Below, piece by piece: positions 21,721-33,134 of a DNA stretch of 64,000 nt (position 1 is its first letter; each line of letters starts with the position of its first letter). Position numbers and translations under genes: made by a program. The notes beneath the pieces were generated by a model. That model was given only the letters and a program-made list of their open reading frames with translations, did no database searches and was not told the origin of the DNA. Source of the stretch: Eledone cirrhosa (lineage: Eukaryota); contig OZ024742.1 of NCBI GenBank assembly GCA_964016885.1, forward strand, positions 90,458,001 through 90,522,000, given 5' to 3'.

Positions 21721-22948
21721 AATACTAACTACAATGTAGTTTAAGGATTGAGAACTTTATGCCAGATACATCAATAATGGCATCGGTGACACCTCCTTCA
21801 CCCGCACCCAACTTACCACCTTTATCAAATATGCCTCGACTTCCACCATCTACTCCAATGTTAATTCCCTCAATATCTGTCACCATCAACCAACCAAATC
21901 TTCCGCCTCTACAAACCCTCTGACATTCACGCTAATTTCCACTGGGCTTCTTCCCGTTCCTACTGCTCTAAATATTTCATTCCTTACTCACAATTGCTAC
22001 GTCTTCGCCATCTTTGCAGCAAAGACCGGGAATTTAAGACATAGTCCCAATAAATCCCAGGTATTTTCTCCGATGTAACTACCCACACCGAATTGATTAC
22101 AAAAACAAAGCGCATATCCCGATTTTTTTTCTTATTTGAAATTCTTTGTTCTCCATTTTAGTTAGTAAGAAAATGGCAGGGCTCATGGTCCTTTCCATGG
22201 TCACTGCATCTGATTAGATATCCACAAATTGGAAACTTGCCCCAAATGCTTGCAGCCTAGTGGACGCTAGTAAATACATCGAAGGACCAGTTTGTTTTAT
22301 TACACCGGCCAAACAATTTCAGTCTTTTCCACATGCAGACCAAATATTGCAACGCATCTCGTCAGACGATACAATAGTTCCGCCAATATATTGTCCTGGA
22401 TTGGTTCTTGATAGTTATTTTTATTTTACTTCTTATTGTAGATAGACAATTTCAATGGCTATTTGAGGTATGTTGTTTTGATATTTGAACGTTTTTTCTT
22501 GAAGTTGCTTATTTTCCTATATTTTTGTATATCTTATGAATTCTCTGAAGTTACAGATTAAGTGAAATTGGTGGTGAGGGGGTAAATTCACCAAGTCAAT
22601 GTTCAGGTTCTAATAATATATAGAAGTATCTCTATATATTAACAAAGGAGCTTGAGCGAGTTTTTCACCATTTTCCTTTTTTCATATCCTTCCTGCTGAA
22701 ACATGTGTAAAAAAAATAAAATATCTTAAATTTCTTCATCTTGCCTTCTAAGAAGCCCATGCATACTGCGAGACATCTTAATCTATTCTGACGGAAATAT
22801 TGTCCGAAAGAAAGTGAGAAAAAATGACCCAAATACAAACATTTCGAAATGGTAATATATATACATATATATGTATATGAAAAATTCGGGACCCCGACGG
22901 CTGAGCTCCTGCCGTTTCAACAGCTAGATTCGAACTTTATCTTTTCTG

Positions 22949-23002
<54 letters not shown>

Positions 23003-23008
<6 letters not shown>

Positions 23009-23148
23009 TAAAATAACAGATTAAGGTTTAAGCAAAGAATCGCTGCTTTCACCCTTAACGGGATATTCTGAAACGCCTTTCAGAAGATTCCGTTATAGTT
23101 ATCCTTATCGAGCCTTCTTTGGATTTTAGTCTTCAAATTTATTATTAT

Positions 23149-23152
<4 letters not shown>
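23003..23152. repeat. Fold-back short insertion in (TA)n (family also at 48068, 49180-49370 and 49697-49795)
   Basis: Shares aagcaaagaatcgctgctttca..ttaacgggat.ttctgaaac with the other copies and contains the hairpin aacgggatattctgaaa/tttcagaagattccgtt. Confidence 0.6.
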
Positions 23153-23222
<70 letters not shown>

Positions 23223-23224
23223 AA

Positions 23225-23610
23225 ATCAGGATTCAGTTATGGCCCTTTACGTTTTGTGTTCAAATCCCGTCATGGCTAACTTTGCCTTTCATCCTTACGG
23301 GTTCGATAAAATAAAGCACCAGTAATGCACTAGAGTAGATTTAATCGAATTGCACCTCAAAATTATCGGCCTTGTGCCTAAATCCGAAAACATTATTTCT
23401 TTCTGCGCAAGGACAGTGGATTGGCAGTATCGATAGAGCGTGGAACATGTGCCGCATATAGCTACGGCCCTTAATGTCCTGAGTTCAAATACTGCCGATG
23501 TTAGCTTTGCCTTTCAGCAATAGGGGGTCAATAAAATATAGTACCAGTAGTGCACTGGGATCGATTAAAAATTGCTGCCCTTGTGCCAAATGTAGAAACA
23601 ATTATTACTT
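23225..23610 (+). mobile_element. Two tandem Meta-domain-type tRNA-derived SINEs
   Basis: gttcaaat.c.g.c..g.t.actttgcctttca....gataaaataaag.accagt..ggccttgtgcc consensus, repeated more than 12 times in the window. Confidence 0.75.
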
Positions 23611-24070
23611 TCGGCGAAACTAACAAGTGCAGGGAGATGTGAGTTGGGGAAGAGAATTCGAGTGGGTTAACGTTTCAAAGAATAAAGGAATGATTGGGCG
23701 TAGCGTTTAAACTGTGATGTGTGTGAGCAGGACAAGTAATTAGCTACGAGAAAAGGAAAGATGGGTGTGTTGAGTTGGGAGGTTCAGCTAAACGGGAATT
23801 ATACAACTTATATTGGTTGTAATGAAAACCAAAACTGAAAATCGGAATAGTGACCTTTTTCGTTGGTTTTTACTGGAATCTTACATTAGGACGGCTGCCA
23901 TATCAATATGCATATTGTGAACATACAGCTATTTAAAGATATAATCTAGATCATAGGTTTATAGATGTGGAAAAATATCTATACGTCGACAACAACATTA
24001 TTTCTAAGAGCCCACACTGCCTCCAAGGAACACTAGAAAGAAACATGCAGAAATATTTCGATACACAAAT

Positions 24071-24121
<51 letters not shown>

Positions 24122-24658
24122 GTGTGTGTGTGTGTTATATACTCTTATATAAACATATAATAGTATATATAATGTGTACTGAAAATATCCTGTCCAGGCA
24201 TATACAGATACATGAAAGTGTGTCTGACTGATTGCCTGCATTTTTATGTACCAACATAATATTCTCTTCCATTCTCTGTTTCATAGATATACGTATAAAC
24301 ACACACACACAGAGCATAACTTATAAACATACACACCCGCACGTAATTACACGAGTACATAAGGCCAATATTCTTTGAAAATGCCATCTAAGACCTCAAA
24401 AAAATAATCGCATACCAGTTAACGTCTCACGATATTTATTCTTTCCCACACTCTGCTCTCTTTTTGTATACAGTAATAGAAACATACATAAAGAACACAG
24501 AGAATGACCCACATGCATACATACTAGGTCCCACAATATAAATCGTCATAATGCCAATGAAGCTTATATCTGCATTTGCAGATACATAGATGTGGTCAAA
24601 GCGAAAATATCACGTGTGCGTGTCTTTATGTCTGAATATATATATATATAAATATATA

Positions 24659-24719
<61 letters not shown>

Positions 24720-24759
24720 ATGCGTGTGTGTGCGTGTGAGTGTGTGTATATATATATTC

Positions 24760-24790
<31 letters not shown>

Positions 24791-25116
24791 CATACAAACA
24801 CACACACACATATATAGATACATATATATTTGAGTGTGTGAATATGCGTGCATGTGTGTGTGCATGTGTGCATGTGTGTGTTTACAATGGTTGATATTAA
24901 TATTCTAAGCCTGTCCATTCTGCTATATAAGCTATATATATATGAAATACACCCTTTTAGTCAAAGTATAAGCAGGAGTCCCAACGGGAGATTTCCATCA
25001 TTTTTCGTCGATCTTATTTTCAACCAACTTTCCAGATGTATTCATGCATGTTTTCTCTCTTTTCAGACTTATGGGGTTTGACTGGCATAGAGTTATGTAC
25101 ATCTATTATATGCACC

Positions 25117-25192
<76 letters not shown>

Positions 25193-25574
25193 TTCAGAGA
25201 GAATCGCATTTCGGCCCGTAGAAAAGGCGAAACGAAACGCAAAAAATCAGATATGATACTGGCAAGCGCTCGATAGTTAAAAAACTAGAGCTAAACAATA
25301 TGTTAAGAGGTCATACAAAACTGAAATAGTGGTCAAGAAGCGACAACCATCTATATACATATATATTCAAATGTACTACTCAATCAACAAAAGAGGAAAA
25401 GTCTAATACTGAGTTTTATATTTATTTAAACAGAATTTCCTATGGTTGGAGTCCATGCCAGTATGATCTTTAGGCGATAACTGAAGATCAAATTGAAGAT
25501 CATATTGGCATGGATTACTGCTTGGAACATTATTGATATACCATTTTTATACATGAATTTTTACTTTTGCGATT

Positions 25575-25612
<38 letters not shown>

Positions 25613-25614
25613 AA

Positions 25615-25646
<32 letters not shown>

Positions 25647-25714
25647 TAAATATATATGTATGTGTATATATATATATGTATGTATTCATCTATGAAAATA
25701 TATATATATATATA

Positions 25715-25788
<74 letters not shown>

Positions 25789-25812
25789 GATGTATGTATA
25801 TATATATACATG

Positions 25813-25883
<71 letters not shown>

Positions 25884-25899
25884 ATATGTACATATATGT

Positions 25900-25944
<45 letters not shown>

Positions 25945-26189
25945 TATGCAATTCTGTATATCGTAACATACTTAAACCCATTTGTGTATAGATCAATCTA
26001 ATATAAACTATGATATACTGTTTCACCAGAAGTGTGTGGTAGGGTTTTATAAAATCAATAACTTTCAACATAATCTCTGTTTTTAGTATGATTTTCCTCA
26101 AATAGCCAAACTCTTCCTATCTACAATTTTCTCTTTATGTCCGAAATATTGGAAGAGAAGAAAACAAGAATTTTAAATACACACGAAAA

Positions 26190-26346
26190 GATACACATAC
26201 ATATATAACTATACACACACACACACACAAATATATATAACTATACACACACACAAACACAAATATATATAACTATACACACACACACACACACACATAT
26301 ATATAACTATACACACACACACACAAACACAAATATATATAACTAT

Positions 26347-26380
<34 letters not shown>
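26190..26380. repeat. Compound minisatellite (tatatataactatacacacacac..), about 5 units
   Basis: atataactatacacac recurs at ~32-42-bp spacing. Confidence 0.8.
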
Positions 26381-26495
26381 GTACGTAAAGTTCCGACCGC
26401 GGCGCCAAGCGGTTTCGGCTTGTGTGTTCAGCAAGCTTTTACTAGTCCGTAGTAGTAATTACGTATCTATCTTTCTCTCTCTCTCGCTCTTTCTC

Positions 26496-26564
<69 letters not shown>

Positions 26565-26592
26565 GTGTGTGTATATATATATATATATACAC

Positions 26593-26659
<67 letters not shown>

Positions 26660-26676
26660 TATATATACAAATATAT

Positions 26677-26895
26677 ATCACCTTGATCACCTTGACCGAC
26701 CAGCCTGACGGGCGCCAATCGGCGCCACTGGTCACAGCACGTCGTGCTGTATTAGCCATAAGATAACGCCATCCTGGCTGGGCGGGCAGGCCAGTACTCA
26801 TTTCTACAGCTGAGTAAACTGGAGCAACGTGAAATAAAGTGCCTTGCTCAAGGAAACAACACATCACCCTGTCCGAGAATTGAACTCACAACCTT
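26677..26895 (-). mobile_element. CORE-type SINE
   Basis: Reverse complement contains ttccttgagcaaggcactttatttcacgttgctccagtttactcagctg (CORE-like) and the B-box remnant gagttcaattc. Confidence 0.7.
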
Positions 26896-27329
26896 ATATA
26901 TATATATATATATATAGTAAAAACACTACAATAGTGATAATCAACCATAAAATAACATTAAACACTCAGCGACAAATTGAATATCAAACTACAAATAAAC
27001 TAAAATAAATCAATAAGTTTTACTTCGCTGTTGAATAGGATGTATGCCTTAACATCCTGTTGATTGACAGTACAGTGTTTAACAAATAAAACTCACATCA
27101 ATAAATAGCGATAAATCCGCTCCTCCGCATGTCGGTGAGGGATTATGACTTAACTAAATTTGGGTATATATTCAAGTATTTACATTCGCTTGTATACAAG
27201 CGTAGGCACGACCATACTTCATGTACACATACGCACACAAATACACACTTAAGTACACACACACACATATATAACCATACGTATCAGCAATCTCTTTCAC
27301 CAACATTTGACGTCCACTTTTCTTTAACA

Positions 27330-27565
<236 letters not shown>

Positions 27566-27751
27566 TATATATATATATGCTATAGAAATGGCTTCTACAG
27601 GATTAGAACTGTTTCATTCTGATTTCTCCCGAATGAAACAGTTCTTGTCCTGTAGAAGCCATTTCTGTATTAAATATTTTTACTTTGCTATGTATTGAGT
27701 ACCTTACTTACTGTGGTTACCCACGATTAAACCCGGAATAAACATATCTAC

Positions 27752-27830
<79 letters not shown>

Positions 27831-27832
<2 letters not shown>

Positions 27833-28440
27833 ATACAGTGCCCGGGCGTCACTGACCTGTGGGGCTATGTAGAACGACTATTGTCGAGGGTGGGACCAAT
27901 CCAGTTGACCACCGAGTCCATTGTCATGATCAAACCGCCACCCTCCTTCAAAAACGAAGGAGAGGCGGTTTTCCTTTGTGTGATAGCTATGGCGAAAGAG
28001 GTTGTATGGTGGACAAGGTTGAAAGGGCTGAGGTCAGACACCTTTCTCTCCGGCCAACAACTGATTCTTTTTTTCAAATACCACTTTGGAAGAAGAATCA
28101 GGATGGAGAGAGAGGTGCTGTACCCCAGCAAGTTTTATGAAAGGTGGGTGAAAGTGGCGAGAATGGCCCGAGTGAATGGGCCTTCTCTCTATATCAGCCT
28201 GTAGATTGAGGAAAAGGAGGAGGAGAGGAAAGGAGTACAAGCTCTTCGTACTCCTGGAGATGAGGGTTGCACATTTTTTTCGGGGGTATGTGTTACCCAT
28301 ATAAACTGTCTCCCTCTATTGGGGAAAATCGACTAACTTTTAAATTCCATCTGTGATAACATTTTACACGTTTTTATTGTATGTAAACTTTCCCCTTTGT
28401 ATTTGTCCCCTTCTTTTGTGCCCCTGTGGCTAATAAAGAA

Positions 28441-28441
<1 letters not shown>
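27831..28441 (+). mobile_element. Tx1/L1-clade LINE, 5'-truncated copy A, flanked by (TATC)n
   Basis: Encodes the ORF2 C-terminus (..KFYERWVKVARM..) and a 3'UTR ending gtggctAATAAAgaaa. (TATC)n at 27745-27832 and 28442-28479. Confidence 0.9.
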
Positions 28442-28477
<36 letters not shown>

Positions 28478-28479
<2 letters not shown>

Positions 28480-29087
28480 ATACAGTGCCCGGGCGTCACT
28501 GACCTGTGGGGCTATGTAGAACGACTATTGTCGAGGGTGGGACCAATCCAGTTGACCACCGAGTCCATTGTCATGATCAAACCGCCACCCTCCTTCAAAA
28601 ACGAAGGAGAGGCGGTTTTCCTTTGTGTGATAGCTATGGCGAAAGAGGTTGTATGGTGGACAAGGTTGAAAGGGCTGAGGTCAGACACCTTTCTCTCCGG
28701 CCAACAACTGATTCTTTTTTTCAAATACCACTTTGGAAGAAGAATCAGGATGGAGAGAGAGGTGCTGTACCCCAGCAAGTTTTATGAAAGGTGGGTGAAA
28801 GTGGCGAGAATGGCCCGAGTGAATGGGCCTTCTCTCTATATCAGCCTGTAGATTGAGGAAAAGGAGGAGGAGAGGAAAGGAGTACAAGCTCTTCGTACTC
28901 CTGGAGATGAGGGTTGCACATTTTTTTCGGGGGTATGTGTTACCCATATAAACTGTCTCCCTCTATTGGGGAAAATCGACTAACTTTTAAATTCCATCTG
29001 TGATAACATTTTACACGTTTTTATTGTATGTAAACTTCCCCCTTTGTATTTGTCCCCTTCTTTTGTGCCCCTGTGGCTAATAAAGAC

Positions 29088-29088
<1 letters not shown>
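28478..29088 (+). mobile_element. Tx1/L1-clade LINE, 5'-truncated copy B
   Basis: Near-identical to copy A (+647) with the same 5' breakpoint tcatacagtgcccggg. Confidence 0.9.
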
Positions 29089-29140
<52 letters not shown>

Positions 29141-29142
<2 letters not shown>

Positions 29143-29750
29143 ATACAGTGCCCGGGCGTCACTGACCCGTGGGGCTATGTAGAACGACTATTGTCGAGGG
29201 TGGGACCAATCCAGTTGACCACCGAGTCCATTGTCATGATCAAACCGCCACCCTCCTTCAAAAACGAAGGAGAGGCGGTTTTCCTTTGTGTGATAGCTAT
29301 GGCGAAAGAGGTTGTATGGTGGACAAGGTTGAAAGGGCTGAGGTCAGACACCTTTCTCTCCGGCCAACAATTGATTCTTTTTTTCAAATACCACTTTGGA
29401 AGAAGAATCAGGATGGAGAGAGGTGCTGTACCCCAGCAAGTTTTATGAAAGGTGGGTGAAAGTGGCGAGAATGGCCCGAGTGAATGGGCCTTCTCTCTAT
29501 ATCAGCCTGTAGGTTGAGGAAAAGGAGGAGGAGAGGAAAGGAGTACAAACTCTTCGTACTCCTGGAGATGAGGGTTGCACATGTTTTTCGGGGGTATGTG
29601 TTACCCATATAAACTGTCTCCCTCTATTGGGGAAAATCGATTAACTTTTTAAATTGCATTTGTGATAACATTTTACACGTTTTTATTGTATGTAAACTTC
29701 CCCCTTTGTATTTGTCCCCTTCTTTTGTGCCCCTGTGGCTAATAAAGAAA
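29141..29750 (+). mobile_element. Tx1/L1-clade LINE, 5'-truncated copy C
   Basis: Same 5' breakpoint as A and B; a few SNPs and a 2-bp deletion in a (GA)n run. Confidence 0.9.
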
Positions 29751-29780
29751 TCTATCTATCTATCTATCTATATATCTATA

Positions 29781-31325
29781 GTAATGGTGTCGAGCACCTC
29801 GCAAATCGGGGAGTTCGGCACCTTACTGAAGGAATACGAAAGGTTCACAGGAGCGAAGCTGAACCGGGACAAATCCGTCGGTTTGCAACTCGGAACGTGG
29901 AGAGGCAAACCGATGCCTTCCGATGGCGTCGTCGGACGCTGGACGGAAGGACCGGTAAAGCTGCTCGGAGTCTGGTTTGGTCCGGACCTTCAGGTGGAGG
30001 AGAATTGGAACGAGCTGACGGCCAAGGTGTTTGCACTCACCCAGGAGTGGGCCGAGTGCAAACTATCCTTGAAAGGTCGAGCAGAGGTGGCGAACACTTT
30101 TATAGCATACGTCATCTACTACCGCTTGACCGTCGTGCCTTGTCCAGCCAAAACGCTCACCAAAATGGAGCACGCGCTCTTCCAATTCCTTTGTAAGAAA
30201 CGGGCTCCTTTGGTGAGAAGATCCATCTGCTGCCAACACCCTTCAAACGGAGGGCTGGAGATGCCGTGGCTGACGATGTGCAAACACGCGCTCAGGCTGC
30301 GGCACCTCCACGTATTCCTCACCAGACAACCGGTGTGGGCCCCGTTCGTGAAGCGAGCCTTCCCACGACTCGTCTCGCTGACCGAGCTGCAGTCCTGGGT
30401 CAAGCAAAGACCGAGGAAAATGAGCGACTGGGACATCGAATGTGCTCAGGCGCTCACAGTCCTCTGGAAAACGGACCCGGCGATCAGTGGAGACTCCACT
30501 TCGACGCTCGGAGAAACTCTAGGCGTAGAAGAGGACGAACTGGCCAGTCTGTTCGGAAGGACCTTCCGCCCGGGACCAATGGACAACTTCCAAAAGTCCC
30601 TAGCCTGGCAGTGCTACCGAGGAGCTCTACTAGTTCGACACAAGCTCTACAGACACGGGCGCCCGGGTAGGGACCCTTCGAAAAAGATCTGCCCGAGATG
30701 CGTGCGCGACGAGGAAACCGTCGCGCACGCATTTGTACACTGCCCGGGCGGTACCGACCTGTGGGGCTATGTAGAACGACTATTGTCGCGGGTGAGACCA
30801 ATCCGGTTGACCACCGAGTCCATTGTCATGATCAAACCGCCACCCTCCTTCAAAAACGAGGGAGAAGCGGTTTTCCTGTGTTATGGCTATGGTGAAAGAG
30901 GTTATATAGTGGACGAGGTTAAAAGGGCTGAGGTCAGACACCTTTCTCTCCGGCGAGCAACTGATTCGTTTTTTCAAATATAATTTTGGAAGAAGAATCA
31001 GGATGGAGAGAGAGGTGCTGTACTTCAGCAAATTTTATAAAAGGTGGGTGAATGTGGCAAAGATGGCCCGAGTGGTTGGGTCTTCTCTCTATATAAGCCT
31101 GTAGGTTGAGGAAAAAGAGGAAGAGAGTACTCACTCTTTGTGCTCCTGGAGATGAGCGTTGTACATTTTTTCGGAGTGTGTACAACCCCTGTGTAACACC
31201 TCCCCCCTATTGGGGATATCAATTGTTATTTCTTATTTTATTAATAGTTTTATTTTCATATACCTCTATGTAAACCCCCATTTGTATTTGTCCCCTTTTT
31301 GTGCCCTTATGGCTAATAAATAAAT
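29781..31325 (+). mobile_element. Tx1/L1-clade LINE, 5'-truncated copy D (~1.5 kb)
   Basis: Starts just after the RT YVDD motif, encodes LLGVWFG, GGLEMP and CPRC..ETVAHAFVHC, and has a more diverged 3'UTR ending ggctaataaa. Confidence 0.9.
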
Positions 31326-31350
31326 TTATCTATCTATCTATCTATCTAAC

Positions 31351-33097
31351 ATGGAAAATTTGAACAACACCAACGAGAACAACAACAACAACAACAACAA
31401 TAATAACAACAAGAACAACATCAACAACAATGATAACAACAAAACCACCACCAACAACAGCAACACAAACAACTCCACAAACAAGGAAAAGATTTCCTTT
31501 GCACAAACCGTCCAAAAGACGGAAATATTTACATATCTTGACATCTCCAATGCTAGGGAGTTGTTAAGAGAAGCAAAGCAATATGTAACCTTTGGTGAGA
31601 GTGGTGCTTTCACATCACTTCTCCTCAACAGTTACGTAGAGAAACTATCCTAAAAACAATAATTTTTAGGACAGTTTCAAATCCGTCTAAAAAACCAGTG
31701 CAATTATCCCAAAACGAAATTGAACTGGTTCTGAAGAATTCAATGAAGGATATTGCCTTCATCCAAAAAGGATGCATTTCGGTGCTGATGAAAGACCAAT
31801 TGACGGCACAAAAATATTCTGCGTCGCCAATTGTGTCCCCCCTTAACACCTTTTTCCCCAAATATATGGGAAAAAGAACCCAGAAAATTAAAATTTCAAA
31901 CATTACACCAAACGTAAACGTCTGGTGGATTTTGACTGACCTCATCGATTTCGATGAAGACACCATAATTTCACTGGGAAAGTCCTCGAGAGGCACATTC
32001 AATGGTACAAGCCTGGAAGTTCTGGTCCAAATGAGGCCAGAACGGATAGCTAAAGTACCCCAACGTGTGCCTCTGGATGGGAATTCATACATAAACAGTT
32101 CTGTTGAGGGTAGGCGGCCTTCATGTTACCACTGTTTAAGCAGTGGTCACCTGAAGGCTTACTGTCCTCAGCTAGCTGCAAGAAAAAAAGAGGCACTACT
32201 GCCAACACCCAAAACAACAACACAACCACCACCACCACCACCACCACCACCACCACCACCACCACCACCACCACCACCACCACCACCACCACAACAACAA
32301 CAACAAACAAACATAACCAAAACAAGAACAAACCAGACCGCAAGCACAGTCCCACCCAACCCCACTCTACCTAAAACCACTGCAAAAACACCCACAAACA
32401 CAACAGCTCCCCAAAACATACCCCTTCCAAATAACACAGACACCACAACGGACGAGGCCCCCCTCATCATCACCAAGTGACGATTAGGGAGAGCCTCTCC
32501 GTTCGAAAAGAAAGAAGAAAAAACACCACAAGAACAAAAAAACCAACAAACATCACTACAAACATACAACCACCAACACAAACAACACAAACATTACAAA
32601 CAAAAACCCCCCGTCCCGGAAACAAAACCACGACATCACTCCAAACACAAACACCTACAACAAAACGAAAGCTTACACAAGAACAACAGACAAAAACCAA
32701 CACAACACAAGAACATTACACATACATAAACAGTGAAAACAAAACTTTAATGGAGGTTATCTCCAACGACCCTTCGGTGAAAACCGAAGGGAAAACTTTT
32801 TCGAACTGTGTAGACAGACCCAATTTAAAGATGATTAGGGTCCCTACGGACATCTATAAGTCTTTAAAGAAAAACTTTCCTAAGGACGTGGGTAATCCTT
32901 GCGTTAAACCCATTAACCGCGTCCTTTTAAAATGTTTCCTCACCCTCACCCCAGACACCCCCACCACAAACACCCCCACCCCACCAGATACCTCCTCCCC
33001 ACCAAACATCTCCGTCCCCACCCCGCCAGAAACCACCACTCCAACACCCCCATGGACATTGTGCAGCCTGGTCTTCAGGAAGCGAAGAGGTGAGTGA
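31351..33097 (+). pseudogene. LINE ORF1 (gag-like, CCHC zinc knuckle; poly-Asn, poly-Pro and Thr-rich tracts), frameshifted
   Basis: Pieces 31351-31653, 31698-32480 (VEGRRPSCYHCLSSGHLKAYC) and 32477-33097. Confidence 0.8.
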
Positions 33098-33134
33098 ATT
33101 CTTTCCTCTTCTTTTCTAACTCTTCCCCACCGAC

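Noticed and set aside
29706-30983. 425-aa ORF as an independent gene
   Set aside because: It is a chance read-through from one LINE 3'UTR across (TATC)n into the truncated ORF2 of the next copy.
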